Assembly (NCBI GenBank): GCA_024409235.1
Contig: JAKSUA010000002.1
Span: forward strand, 2,385-66,384
Direction of reading: 5' to 3'
Length of the DNA stretch: 64,000 nt
DNA from: Bacteroidales bacterium
GTDB lineage: Bacteria; Bacteroidota; Bacteroidia; Bacteroidales; UBA1715
A program made the position numbers and the translations under genes. Below are positions 47,803 through 58,427 of this stretch, piece after piece. Position 1 is the first letter of the stretch; every line of letters begins with the position of its first letter. The notes under the pieces were generated by a model that worked only from the letters and a program-made list of their open reading frames with translations, made no database searches and had not been told where the DNA came from.

Positions 47803-50168
47803 CTTCTTATCTTTTTGGGCACAGAAACTTCCTCATCAACACCGTCAATATTACCAACGGAATCAACTGCAGTCGTATCATTCTTAGGAACATACACGGT
47901 ATAACATGAATATGGACGATTTTTCAATCCTTTTAGATGACGTGGGAAACGATCTCTGTACTGAGAAAACGCATCATCATTAATAACTTTCTCCATAAAT
48001 AATCCATACATAGGTAAAGCTGTTTTTCCACCTTCACCCAACGAAGATGTTCTAAAATGTACACAGCGTTCCTCTGCTCCAACCCAAGAACCAACAACTA
48101 AATGAGGAGTTACCCCAACAAACCATCCATCAGAATAATTAGACGATGTACCTGTCTTGCCGCCAAAATCAGTTTCCTGTTTAAATAATTTGTAACTAAA
48201 CAAATTTTGTGTAGTTCCGTAAGGTTCACGCAATGAAGCAATAAACATCTGCTGCATTAAAAATACTGTTACAGAATCTAGAACTTTTACTTTTTCAGGT
48301 TCAAATGTTTTCAACACATTTCCATCCTTATCCTCTATTCTCGTAACAAACATAGGTTCAACACGATAGCCTGAATTTAACAAAGGACAATACGCATTCG
48401 TTAACTCCAACAACGTTACATCGCTTGAACCTAAACAAATAGAAGGAACTGTATCCAACGGAGACTTTATACCCATTTCATGTGCCTGATTTATAACAGT
48501 TTCCACACCAAGCTTTTGTGTCAGCTGAACGCTAATTGTATTCAATGAATGAGCAAAAGCATATTTTAAACCAACATTTCCTTCCACATACGTTCTGTCA
48601 GCATTTCGAGGCACCCATGATTTCTTTTCACCTTTTTCTTCATATCGGATTGTAAGAGGTGCATCAACAAGACTATCACATGGAGACCATCCATTTGCCA
48701 TTGCAGCTGTATAAACAAATGTCTTAAAAGAAGAACCTGGCTGACGCATAGAACGAACATTATCATATTTAAAATGATTGTAATCCAAGCCACCGACATA
48801 TGCTTTTATAGCACCGGTTTCAGGTTCCATTGCAACCATACCTGTATGAAGTAAACGTTTCAAATAATTCGTTGCTTCAACGAAACTGCAAACCGTATCA
48901 ATATCCCCTTTCCATGAAAATAGTTTTTGAGGTCGTTTTTCGTTTATATAATAATCTATAGAATCCTTATTTCCATTAAATTTTGCACTTAAACGACTAT
49001 AATACCATGATTTACGCACAACATTATCTATAAAATTTGGAATTTCATTTTTATTACCATCTATCCATGGATTCTGATTTTTCCAATGTGCATCAAATTG
49101 TCGCTGAACACGTTTCATATTTTGCTGCATAGCCTGCTCTGCATAAACCTGCATATCATAATTCAGTGTTGTATAAATCCGCAATCCATCGGAAAAAATA
49201 TCCAAATCATTTTCCTTTAACCATGGCTTCAAATAAGCATATACAGCCTGACGGAAATAATTTGCAATACCTTCAATTGGCGATTCCACCTTATAATGTA
49301 AAGTAATAGGTTCCTTGACAATACTTTCATATTCATCTGAACTTATCACCCCGTCACGTTTCATTATACCTAAAACAACATTTCTTCTTACAAGAGATCT
49401 TTCAGGATTTAACACTGGACTATATGCCGTAGGAGCTTTCAACATACCAATAAGAACAGCGCACTCATTTGCATTCAATTCTATCGGTTCTTTATTGAAA
49501 AAAGTTTTTGAAGCAGCTTTAATTCCATAAGAATTACTTCCAAAATCCACGGTATTAAAATAGAGTGTCAGCAATTCTTCTTTCGTAAAATTCATTTCTA
49601 TACGAACAGCAGAAATCCACTCTTTTGACTTAATTACAAACATTCGTACGCCAGGAATTTTACCTAAAAAGCCGTGATCTTGTTTTCGAGTTTTGAAAAG
49701 ATTCTTTACCAACTGCTGCGTTATGGTACTTCCTCCTCGCGGATTACCCTTAAGCATATCCTTAAATACTGGTAATAAAGCTTTTACATCTATTCCATGA
49801 TGTTTATAAAACCGAGTATCCTCGGTTGCGACGAGCGTTTTTATCAACAACGGAGACAAATCTTCGTATGTAATTGGAGTTCGATTTTCATAAAAGAACT
49901 TTCCAATCATACGACCATCTTCTGCATACACTTCAGAAGCGACACATTGTTCTGGATTTTTTAATTCCCTTATAGAAGGAGAGTATCCAAACAGGTTACA
50001 GAAGTTTATCTCTACAGCAACAACATAGAGAAAAATCAAAAAAAGCAAAAATAAAAACCAGCGGAAAATCTTCACATAAATTGGTTTTCCCTTTGCACAG
50101 AACCATTTGAAAAAAGCCTTAATAGCTTTCAAAATGACAATGAATATTCTTTTTATATTATTCCACAT
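47799..50168 (-). CDS. penicillin-binding protein 1A (bifunctional transglycosylase/transpeptidase)
   Basis: GT51 motifs EDTRFYKHHGID and RGGSTITQQLVKN. Transpeptidase motifs SSFK, SLN and KTGTS. The ATG at 50168 (MWNNIKRIF) is preferred over the TTG at 50174. The stop overlaps the OmpA-family start by 4 nt. Confidence 0.9.
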   Translation of the reverse strand: MWNNIKRIFIVILKAIKAFFKWFCAKGKPIYVKIFRWFLFLLFLIFLYVVAVEINFCNLFGYSPSIRELKNPEQCVASEVYAEDGRMIGKFFYENRTPITYEDLSPLLIKTLVATEDTRFYKHHGIDVKALLPVFKDMLKGNPRGGSTITQQLVKNLFKTRKQDHGFLGKIPGVRMFVIKSKEWISAVRIEMNFTKEELLTLYFNTVDFGSNSYGIKAASKTFFNKEPIELNANECAVLIGMLKAPTAYSPVLNPERSLVRRNVVLGIMKRDGVISSDEYESIVKEPITLHYKVESPIEGIANYFRQAVYAYLKPWLKENDLDIFSDGLRIYTTLNYDMQVYAEQAMQQNMKRVQRQFDAHWKNQNPWIDGNKNEIPNFIDNVVRKSWYYSRLSAKFNGNKDSIDYYINEKRPQKLFSWKGDIDTVCSFVEATNYLKRLLHTGMVAMEPETGAIKAYVGGLDYNHFKYDNVRSMRQPGSSFKTFVYTAAMANGWSPCDSLVDAPLTIRYEEKGEKKSWVPRNADRTYVEGNVGLKYAFAHSLNTISVQLTQKLGVETVINQAHEMGIKSPLDTVPSICLGSSDVTLLELTNAYCPLLNSGYRVEPMFVTRIEDKDGNVLKTFEPEKVKVLDSVTVFLMQQMFIASLREPYGTTQNLFSYKLFKQETDFGGKTGTSSNYSDGWFVGVTPHLVVGSWVGAEERCVHFRTSSLGEGGKTALPMYGLFMEKVINDDAFSQYRDRFPRHLKGLKNRPYSCYTVYVPKNDTTAVDSVGNIDGVDEEVSVPKKIRR

Positions 50169-50176
50169 AGACAAAC

Positions 50177-52789
50177 CTATTTTCCTAATAATTTCTTTAT
50201 ATCATGTAACTTATTCAAAGCTTCCAAAGGAGTTAAGTTATTTATTTCAATGCCAATCAATTCATCACGAATTTGAGAAAGAACAGGATCATCTAATTGA
50301 AAAATACTTAACTGATACCCTTCTCTATTTTGTTCTATTTCCTTTAACGGTTTTGTCAAAGCCTGGGCATTTCCACTAGTTCCTTCTAATTCTTTTAGAA
50401 TTTCATTTGCACGGTTCACCACAGATTTTGGCATACCTGCCATTTTTGCCACATGAATACCAAAACTATGTTCACTTCCACCAGGAACCAGTTTTCTTAG
50501 GAAAATAACCTTTTGCTCCTTCTCTAAAACAGAAACATTAAAATTCTTTACACGAGGGAAAGATTTTTCCAACTCGTTTAATTCATGATAATGAGTTGCA
50601 AACAAAGTTTTAGGTTTTGCATTTTGACATTCATGCAAATATTCAACAATCGACCACGCAATAGAAATTCCATCATAGGTACTCGTTCCTCGTCCGAGTT
50701 CATCAAACAGAACTAAACTTCTGTCTGTCATATTATTAAGAATATTTGCGGCTTCATTCATCTCAACCATAAAGGTTGATTCACCTTGTGAAATATTATC
50801 AGAAGCACCTACACGTGTAAATACCTTATCTACAATTCCAATAGATGCAGAATCTGCAGGAACAAAGCATCCAATCTGAGCCATTAAAACAATCAATGCT
50901 GTTTGACGCAGCAGTGCCGACTTACCAGCCATATTTGGACCTGTTATAATTATAATCTGCTGTTTTTCATTATCTAAATAAACATCGTTTCCAACATATT
51001 TTTCTCCCGGTGCCATTTCTGTCTCAATTACAGGATGACGTCCGTTTTTTATGTCTAAAACCATGGAATCGTTTACATCGGGACAAACATAATTATTATT
51101 TACAGATACTACTGCAAATGAATACAAACAATCAATCTGAGCAACAATACTTGCATCAAGCTGAATTGTTTCCGTATATTGCGTAATATACTGAACAAGA
51201 GCATTATATAAGCTTTGTTCTATTTCAAGAATACGAGATTCCGCACCAAGAATTTTTTCCTCATATTCCTTTAATTCCTGAGTTATATAGCGTTCCGCAC
51301 CAACTAAAGTTTGTTTACGAATCCAATCTTCGGGAACTTTATCTTTATGTGTGTTACGAACTTCTATATAATATCCAAAAACATTATTAAACGCCACCTT
51401 AATTTTAGGAATTCCTGTTCGTTGTTCCTCACGTTCCTGCATTTTTAGAAGGTAATCCTTACTATTATATGCAATTTCACGAAGCTCGTCAAGTTCCTGA
51501 TTTACACCAGGATTTATAATATTTCCTTTATTTACCGCATTCGATGCATCTGGCTGTATTTCCCTCAAAATACGCTCTCTCAAAGCATCACAGGAATTTA
51601 ACTGATTCGCAAAAGCCTGCAAAGTTTCATTTCCCGATTCATTGCAAAGATTTTTCATCGGAACAATTCCTTCCAAAGTTTTTTGGAGCTGGATAATTTC
51701 ACGAGGAGTTATTCTATTTGTAGCAACTCGAGCTATAATTCGCTCTAAATCGCACATAGAATTTAACAACACTCCTACTTCATCAACAACATCAGGCTGT
51801 TCAACAAATGTCTGCACAACATTTAACCTTGCCTGAATATCCGAATTTTTGCGTAATGGCAAAGCCGTCCATCTATGCAACAGACGAGCACCCATAGAAG
51901 TTTTTGTATTGTCAATAACAGACAATAATGATTTGGCACCTTTATGTTCGGAGCCAAACATTTCAAGATTTCGGATAGTAAATTTATCAAGCCAAACATA
52001 TGTCTCCTTGTCAATCCTTGCAATATTTCGAATATGACTGACAGATTTATGCTCTGTGATATCTAAATAATGAAGAATTGCACCCGCCGAAATAATTGCC
52101 TGAGGCATTTCATCTATTCCAAATCCTTTTAATGACGTGGTTTCAAAATGACTCAATAATTTATCATTGGCAGTTTCTATAGTAAAAATCCAATCATCTA
52201 ACTTTGAAGTACATACACTATCACGATATAGATTTTCTTTATACCACAATTCCTGATTTCTCTCATACAACAATTCCTTTGGCTGAAAACTGTTCAATAG
52301 TTTTTCCACATAATCAACAGTCCCCTGAGCTACCAAAAACTCACCTGTGGAAATATCCAAAAAAGCAACACCAACAACAGATTGCGAATAATGAATTGCT
52401 GCGAGGAAATTATTTTCTCGATTTTCAAGAATGCTTTCACTCAACGAAACGCCTGGCGTAACTAATTCAGTTATACCACGTTTCACTAATGTTTTTGTTT
52501 TTGAAGGATCCTCTAACTGTTCACAGATTGCAACACGCTGCCCTGCACGGACCAATTTGGGCAGATATGTATCCAAAGCATGATACGGAAACCCTGCCAT
52601 TTCTGTCTCATTCGGTGTTCCTGCCGAACGGCGAGTTAATGTTATACCTAAAATTTTTGAGGTTCTTACCGCATCACTTGAATATGTTTCATAAAAATCA
52701 CCACATCGAAAAAGCAATATTGCATCAGGATGTTTCTCCTTCATCTGATTATACTGCCTCATCATAGGGGTTTCCGTTGTTTTCGCCAC
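50177..52789 (-). CDS. mutS: DNA mismatch repair protein MutS
   Basis: 870 aa with [19 protein letters not shown] and Walker A GPNMAGKS. The start is GTG. The N-terminal residues before TPMM are needed, so the GTG start is plausible. Confidence 0.95.
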   Translation of the reverse strand: MAKTTETPMMRQYNQMKEKHPDAILLFRCGDFYETYSSDAVRTSKILGITLTRRSAGTPNETEMAGFPYHALDTYLPKLVRAGQRVAICEQLEDPSKTKTLVKRGITELVTPGVSLSESILENRENNFLAAIHYSQSVVGVAFLDISTGEFLVAQGTVDYVEKLLNSFQPKELLYERNQELWYKENLYRDSVCTSKLDDWIFTIETANDKLLSHFETTSLKGFGIDEMPQAIISAGAILHYLDITEHKSVSHIRNIARIDKETYVWLDKFTIRNLEMFGSEHKGAKSLLSVIDNTKTSMGARLLHRWTALPLRKNSDIQARLNVVQTFVEQPDVVDEVGVLLNSMCDLERIIARVATNRITPREIIQLQKTLEGIVPMKNLCNESGNETLQAFANQLNSCDALRERILREIQPDASNAVNKGNIINPGVNQELDELREIAYNSKDYLLKMQEREEQRTGIPKIKVAFNNVFGYYIEVRNTHKDKVPEDWIRKQTLVGAERYITQELKEYEEKILGAESRILEIEQSLYNALVQYITQYTETIQLDASIVAQIDCLYSFAVVSVNNNYVCPDVNDSMVLDIKNGRHPVIETEMAPGEKYVGNDVYLDNEKQQIIIITGPNMAGKSALLRQTALIVLMAQIGCFVPADSASIGIVDKVFTRVGASDNISQGESTFMVEMNEAANILNNMTDRSLVLFDELGRGTSTYDGISIAWSIVEYLHECQNAKPKTLFATHYHELNELEKSFPRVKNFNVSVLEKEQKVIFLRKLVPGGSEHSFGIHVAKMAGMPKSVVNRANEILKELEGTSGNAQALTKPLKEIEQNREGYQLSIFQLDDPVLSQIRDELIGIEINNLTPLEALNKLHDIKKLLGK

Positions 52790-52812
52790 TATCTTAGAAT
52801 TTTAGAATCCTT

Positions 52813-52820
52813 CAAAATTA
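52813..52820 (-). promoter_or_regulatory. candidate -7 box for mutS
   Basis: The + strand CAAAATTA is the reverse complement of TAATTTTG. It lies 24 nt upstream of the GTG at 52789. Confidence 0.4.
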
Positions 52821-52888
52821 CAACTTTGACATTCTATACTCTTGATTTTTAGCTCACTTTAATTAACAACTTTCAAACGGAAACACGT

Positions 52889-54091
52889 TTATTTTATGAA
52901 ATATTCATCTTCCGGACAAGGATTCGAAAAAGCCGGATTTGTCAAAAAACTGGTATCAGACAGCGTTAACAAGAATGCCTTCAAATCTTGCAATTCATTG
53001 TCATTAAGAAACATACCGCCGTGATTAACATTAATCATCAATGGATCAACATATGGTGAACGTTTCAAACCAGAATTGTAAAATTCAAGAATTTCATCCA
53101 AAGTTTTATATCTACCATCATGCATATATGGTGCAGTAAACTCTACATTACGTAATGTAGGCACACGATATTTTCCCTTATCCATAGGATTACCAGTTAC
53201 CGAAGAACGATCAGAACTATCTGTAAAATCAATATCTCTGGCATTATTCATAAACAGATTTGTTGTCCATAAAGGCATTGCAGGAGAACCATGGCAATGA
53301 AAACAATCACCTTTTTCGGTCTCAAAAATAAAAAAGCCTCTCCGCTCCGACTCTGTCAATTCAACCTCTCCACGCATAAACTGATCAAATTTTGAATTGA
53401 ATGAAATCAATGTACGAACAAACTGAGCTATTGCTTTAGAAATCCGTTCCATTGTAATTTTTTCATCACCAAATGCTTTTGCAAACAACGGCGGATACAT
53501 TGGAACAGATTTTATTACTTCTAACGTACGTTCTACCGATCCATTACATTCATGAGGAGCGACAATCATCATCCAAACAAACGATTCCAAATTTTTCTTG
53601 TGAAATTCAGAAGTTTGCGGAACACCATGAGCGCTACCTAGCGATTCATTTTTTTTATTAACATATCCATTCCACATGTAACCCTCGTTATTCCATACAA
53701 GATTTATCATCGGCATCATCGCATGAGGCGTTGGGATTCCCGTCAAGCCAAACGTTTTTCCTTCTTTGTATTTCGGATGATCTATTCCACATTCAAAAGA
53801 ATGTTCCTGTTTATGACACGAGGCACATGACATCAGACTATCCTTATCTAAACGTCCGGATAGCCGACCGTCATAAAACAAATAACGTCCCAACTCAACT
53901 CCTTCGTTCGTCATGGGATTATCTGCCGGTATATTCATATATTCCTTTGCATACGAAACAGGAAATTCGTAAGGAGTAGGAACTTTTTCCCGCTTTGGAG
54001 AAACTATATAAGATACAGCAACAAACTGTATAAAAACAATAAGAGCCAACGAAAAAATCCGTTGACTCTTATGTGTATGAAAAATAGACAT
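52889..54091 (-). CDS. di-haem cytochrome c peroxidase (CCP/MauG family), membrane-anchored
   Basis: It has two CxxCH haem motifs (CASCH and CFHCH), RVPTLRNV and APYMHDG contexts, and an N-terminal anchor IFSLALIVFIQFVAVSYIV. The ATG at 54091 lies 1 nt after the upstream stop. The ORF-track start at 54103 is TTG. Confidence 0.85.
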   Translation of the reverse strand: MSIFHTHKSQRIFSLALIVFIQFVAVSYIVSPKREKVPTPYEFPVSYAKEYMNIPADNPMTNEGVELGRYLFYDGRLSGRLDKDSLMSCASCHKQEHSFECGIDHPKYKEGKTFGLTGIPTPHAMMPMINLVWNNEGYMWNGYVNKKNESLGSAHGVPQTSEFHKKNLESFVWMMIVAPHECNGSVERTLEVIKSVPMYPPLFAKAFGDEKITMERISKAIAQFVRTLISFNSKFDQFMRGEVELTESERRGFFIFETEKGDCFHCHGSPAMPLWTTNLFMNNARDIDFTDSSDRSSVTGNPMDKGKYRVPTLRNVEFTAPYMHDGRYKTLDEILEFYNSGLKRSPYVDPLMINVNHGGMFLNDNELQDLKAFLLTLSDTSFLTNPAFSNPCPEDEYFIK

Positions 54092-54092
54092 A

Positions 54093-56321
54093 TTATTCCA
54101 CAACTGCAGCAGCTGTATCAGCTACGGCACTAAGTGTATCGTTAACAACTTCCACAACCTCTTCCGACGCAGCTTCGTTGCATTGAAAAGGCCAGATATT
54201 GAAATAATACAAAACAGCAGCAACTGCAGCTAAGATTACAACAACTATCAAAAGTTTTTTCCACAAAGGCATACCCTTCTTTGCAAAAGGATCCTGCAAT
54301 GCAATTGTTGGGAAATCAGCCATTTTTGTCAATGTTGCACCAAATGCAATGTTCACAAAAGCACGAGCATTCACAGCCCATCCATTTGCATCCAATAATG
54401 GAGCTAGATTACGTTTACGTAACTTCAACCAAGCCATAATCATTGATGGACCTGATATAATCAAAATAATTCCAATAAATACTAGAATTACCTGCCACCA
54501 CGACAATTGTGCAAAACCAGAAACAACGCTTACACAGAATGAGCCAATAAAGCCCAACGCCATACCTATGGCAGCAAAGATTCCGGCAAATTTTGCAATA
54601 TCAAATGATTGCTGTGGTGCAGCTGCACCTTCTGCTGGAGCTGTTGCAGCAGTATCTTTTACTTTTGTTGTTAAATCATCAAATGATTTAGAATCTTTTT
54701 CCGCAGCAGACTTATTAATCAAATCAGTAACCCAATTAGCAAATTTGCGGTATGGAGACCAGAAAGCCTGACGGATACTTATTGGATTGTCAATTATTTT
54801 AACAACAACAGCATCCCAGTCTAATCCGTTTCTATCGTAGAAAATAGCATTTTTACCAACCATCAAGTCATTTACATCACCATCAGTCATAACTGCAGCA
54901 ATAGTCATTTTCTCGTTCTTTTGTTTTGACTGACAATCACAGTATAGCAAAAACATTCCACTATAAGAAGCCATAGTGTTGTGTTTTCCCATGTCGCTTA
55001 CTTTTATACACAAATCACAACTACGTTGATCAATGAATAAAGTACCTGCTTGGAAAATTGCTTTCTGTTCTTCGTCACGAGTATAGAAATCCGAGAATGT
55101 TACATAGTTTTTAATCAATTTGTACAAGTCTCTGTACAAATGAGTCAACTTATTAACCGATTGAATTTCATTTGCTTCTGATTCCAATGCTTTGTCCTGT
55201 TCTACTAAAGCAAGTAATTCAGCCTTTTGATTTTTTGAAACAATCTCTTTAATTGCATCAACACCCAATGACTCTACAACATCACCCTTCTTTGCACCTT
55301 TCCATGCTTCGAAAGCTGTAAACTTAGCACCAATCGTTTTCCACTCAGCTTCTGTTATAGCTTGTTTTCCAGCGAACTCAACATCAAAAACTAAAGTCTT
55401 TAATTGAGAAAAAGCAGCTTCCCATGCAGGGTTAATTCCACCGTTCAACGGCAACTCCATTTTGCTGTTAACACGAGCCAATGGATATGTTGCAATTTCT
55501 TCTGTACAAGCAGACAAATTCTTATCACTGATTGCTTCCATCTTTGCAGCCGAAACATCTAAAGCTGCAGTTGAATCTTGATTGAATGCAATAAGCTTGC
55601 AACGCATAAAGAAGTCTTCTACTTTTTCTTTCAATGCATTGTATGCAGCCAACGCAGCATCAGTATTGTCACCATAAGGAAATACAGATTCTTTATTTGC
55701 ATCTTCGCTTGTAAACCATGTTAAATAGTCATTACAGTTTGCATAGAAAGCTTCTATCTGATCAGCATTGATACCATCTACACCACTTCTATCTGGAGTC
55801 ACACCAACTGTTTTCATACATGATGTAATGACATTCTTCAAAGTCTCATCATCTGTTGAATTTTCTGTAATAACACCGTCTCCGTTAAATCTTGTTTTTG
55901 CAAAGATTGCAATGCTGTCCGAAGTATCAGCAACAGAAATAGAATCTTTTTCAAGACCTAAATTAGAAAGTATCTGTTTTGCAGAATCATACAATTTTTT
56001 TCCTTCCTCATCATCCTGATTGATATCAGCCAACGAAATTGTATCTTCCTGTTTTAGCAATAAATCTGGATTTTTGATAACTTTTGTAATCCATGACGCA
56101 GCATTACGAACTTCGTCAACACGGATTTTACCGTCACCGTCAACATCCATTATTTCCAGAGTTTTCTCATCGATTTCAAGACCTTTTACTGGACAACTCA
56201 ACACAGTCCACATCTTTTGATCCAACTCCTGCAAATGTGCAATATCTTCTCCCGTTTGAATATCAACACGGGTTACTCCACCTACACTTGCAAATTTCCA
56301 ATCATAGTTAGTTTTTGCCAT
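54093..56321 (-). CDS. hypothetical 742-aa protein: soluble N-terminal region with canonical EF-hand loop, C-terminal multi-pass membrane domain
   Basis: It has an ATG start and no signal peptide. DVDGDGKIRVDE (aa 59-70, nt 56112-56147) fits the 12-residue EF-hand loop exactly. A second, weaker loop reads FNGDGVITEN. An Ala/Pro-rich linker is followed by 3-4 hydrophobic helices (FAGIFAAIGMALGFIGSFCVSVV, WWQVILVFIGIILIISGPSMIMAWL, LLIVVVILAAVAAVLYYF). I recognise no family. Confidence 0.7.
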   Translation of the reverse strand: MAKTNYDWKFASVGGVTRVDIQTGEDIAHLQELDQKMWTVLSCPVKGLEIDEKTLEIMDVDGDGKIRVDEVRNAASWITKVIKNPDLLLKQEDTISLADINQDDEEGKKLYDSAKQILSNLGLEKDSISVADTSDSIAIFAKTRFNGDGVITENSTDDETLKNVITSCMKTVGVTPDRSGVDGINADQIEAFYANCNDYLTWFTSEDANKESVFPYGDNTDAALAAYNALKEKVEDFFMRCKLIAFNQDSTAALDVSAAKMEAISDKNLSACTEEIATYPLARVNSKMELPLNGGINPAWEAAFSQLKTLVFDVEFAGKQAITEAEWKTIGAKFTAFEAWKGAKKGDVVESLGVDAIKEIVSKNQKAELLALVEQDKALESEANEIQSVNKLTHLYRDLYKLIKNYVTFSDFYTRDEEQKAIFQAGTLFIDQRSCDLCIKVSDMGKHNTMASYSGMFLLYCDCQSKQKNEKMTIAAVMTDGDVNDLMVGKNAIFYDRNGLDWDAVVVKIIDNPISIRQAFWSPYRKFANWVTDLINKSAAEKDSKSFDDLTTKVKDTAATAPAEGAAAPQQSFDIAKFAGIFAAIGMALGFIGSFCVSVVSGFAQLSWWQVILVFIGIILIISGPSMIMAWLKLRKRNLAPLLDANGWAVNARAFVNIAFGATLTKMADFPTIALQDPFAKKGMPLWKKLLIVVVILAAVAAVLYYFNIWPFQCNEAASEEVVEVVNDTLSAVADTAAAVVE

Positions 56322-56341
56322 ATTACAGTTTTTTATAGATT

Positions 56342-58201
56342 TTACATTTTTTCACTTAGTTCTAACCAAATCAATTCTTTTTCATCAAGTAAAGAAATTA
56401 CTGTTCCAATTCGATTTGATTTTTCCATTAATTCTTTTTGTTCTAACGCACCAGATGACAAATATAATTCTAATTCTTTTTTCTCTTGTTCCAAATCAGA
56501 AATTTCTTTTTCTATTTGCTTAAATAATTGCTGTTCTTTAAAAGAAAGCCCTTTTTTCTTCCGAGGTTCTGGTTTATCAACAATCTTCTCCTTTATTTCT
56601 TTCGTTTTTTCGAGTTCAGCTTTTCTTTTTTCTTCAGATTCTCTAAAAACAGAATAATTTCCAGGAAATTCTTTCACTTCCCCATCTCCTTTGAATACAA
56701 GCAGGTGTTCTGCAACTTTGTCTATGAAGAACCTGTCATGAGAAACAACTAACACACAACCTTTAAAATTCAGCAGATATTCCTCCAACATCTGAATTGT
56801 ATATAAATCCAGATCATTTGTAGGCTCATCTAGAATCAGAAAATTTGGTTTCTGCATCAGCACCGTCATTAAATACAAACGTTTCTTCTCACCTCCACTT
56901 AACTTCGATACATATAAATATTGTACGGAACGAGGGAAATTCCATTGTTCCAAAAATTGAGCAGCTGAAATTGTATGTCCTTTTTCTAGTTCAATTTTAT
57001 CTGAAATATCCTTAATAACATCAATCACATGTTTACCGTCACAACCTAGTAACCCATCCTGCTTATAATATCCAATAGAAAGCGTATCTCCCCAATCAAC
57101 AGTTCCAGAATCTGGAGCTAACTGTTGAGTTATAATATTCAACAAAGTTGACTTTCCGCACCCATTTTCTCCAATAATTCCTACGCGTTCGCCCTTATGA
57201 AATGAATATGAAACCTTTGACAGAATATTTTTTTCGCCATAAGACTTATTTATGCTTCTTAAATCAACAACCTTGTTTCCAAGATACTGACCAGCAACAT
57301 TAATAATCATCATATCATCTGCATCAACCTGCGTTTCTGCTTTTTCCTTCAAATCATAAAAAGCATCAATTCTGTATTTTGCCTTTGTACCACGAGCCTG
57401 CGGCTGACGTCGCATCCAATCTAATTCTTTTCTCATCAGATTTTTTGCTTTCGCAACTTCAGCAGTCTGAACCTGAAGACGTTCCTGTTTTTTCTCCAGA
57501 TAATAAGAATAATTTCCCGTATATCGATACATTGACTTATTATCAAGTTCAAGTATTGTATCGCACACGTTATCAAGAAAATATCTATCGTGAGTCACAA
57601 GAAATAGAGTGCTTTTTATTTTTTTTAGATATTCTTCAAGCCATTCTATAATAGCAATATCCAAATGGTTTGTAGGTTCATCTAAAATCAATAAATCTGG
57701 GGCTAACATCAATATTTTTGCTAATGCAACTCGTTTTCGTTGCCCTCCAGAAAGTTCACTAATTCTTTGTTTTGCAGGAAGTTCCAACTTTGTTATTATA
57801 AGATTCACCTGAGCTTCATAATTCCAAGCATCAGTAGAATCCATTTTGTCCGTAGCCTTTTGTATTTCTTTCTCATCCTCTGTTGTCAAAGCCTGTTCAT
57901 AGCTACTCATAGCTGAAAGCACATCCTGATTTGAAGAATACACCTCTTCATATACTGTAAAAGACGATTCTAAATCAGTATTTTGATCCAAATAGCCAAC
58001 AGAAACATTTGGTTCAAACAAAACACGGCCTGATTCTATCGTATCCTTTCCAAGAATTATTTTAATCAAAGTGGTTTTACCCATTCCATTCTTGGCAACC
58101 AGAGCAATGCGTTCTCCTCGATTTACAACAAAAGACAAATCATCGAATAAAAGATATTCGCCATAATATTTAGTTATATTTTCAACCTGAAGAATTGCCA
58201 A
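56342..58201 (-). CDS. ABC-F family ATPase, Uup-like, with C-terminal coiled coil
   Basis: Both NBDs are canonical. NBD1 has NGMGKTT, LSGGQRKR and LILDEPTNHLD. NBD2 has ENGCGKST, LSGGEKKR and [11 protein letters not shown]. The start is uncertain: TTG at 58201 (MAILQVENITKYYG) lies 16 nt after the xseB stop, while TTG at 58228 overlaps xseB by 11 nt. Confidence 0.85.
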   Translation of the reverse strand: MAILQVENITKYYGEYLLFDDLSFVVNRGERIALVAKNGMGKTTLIKIILGKDTIESGRVLFEPNVSVGYLDQNTDLESSFTVYEEVYSSNQDVLSAMSSYEQALTTEDEKEIQKATDKMDSTDAWNYEAQVNLIITKLELPAKQRISELSGGQRKRVALAKILMLAPDLLILDEPTNHLDIAIIEWLEEYLKKIKSTLFLVTHDRYFLDNVCDTILELDNKSMYRYTGNYSYYLEKKQERLQVQTAEVAKAKNLMRKELDWMRRQPQARGTKAKYRIDAFYDLKEKAETQVDADDMMIINVAGQYLGNKVVDLRSINKSYGEKNILSKVSYSFHKGERVGIIGENGCGKSTLLNIITQQLAPDSGTVDWGDTLSIGYYKQDGLLGCDGKHVIDVIKDISDKIELEKGHTISAAQFLEQWNFPRSVQYLYVSKLSGGEKKRLYLMTVLMQKPNFLILDEPTNDLDLYTIQMLEEYLLNFKGCVLVVSHDRFFIDKVAEHLLVFKGDGEVKEFPGNYSVFRESEEKRKAELEKTKEIKEKIVDKPEPRKKKGLSFKEQQLFKQIEKEISDLEQEKKELELYLSSGALEQKELMEKSNRIGTVISLLDEKELIWLELSEKM

Positions 58202-58217
58202 ACCAACGAATTTTAAT

Positions 58218-58418
58218 TTATTCTTCAAAGAGATTAAACGCTTCGTCTATTTCCTGTTCAACTCCACGTAATTTATTCTTACACGCAGCAATGAGTTCAG
58301 CAGCTTTTTTTACTTCTGCGGTCAATTCATCTATTTTACACTCACCTGATTCTATTTTCTTCACAATAGTTTCAAGCTCCGCCATTGCATTATCGTATGA
58401 AAAAGTATCTTTTTTCAT
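58218..58418 (-). CDS. xseB: exodeoxyribonuclease VII small subunit
   Basis: 66 aa. FSYDNAMAELETIVKKIESGECKIDEL...AAELIAACKNKL is the typical XseB helical hairpin. No xseA lies in the window. Confidence 0.85.
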   Translation of the reverse strand: MKKDTFSYDNAMAELETIVKKIESGECKIDELTAEVKKAAELIAACKNKLRGVEQEIDEAFNLFEE

Positions 58419-58427
58419 TATTTAATT

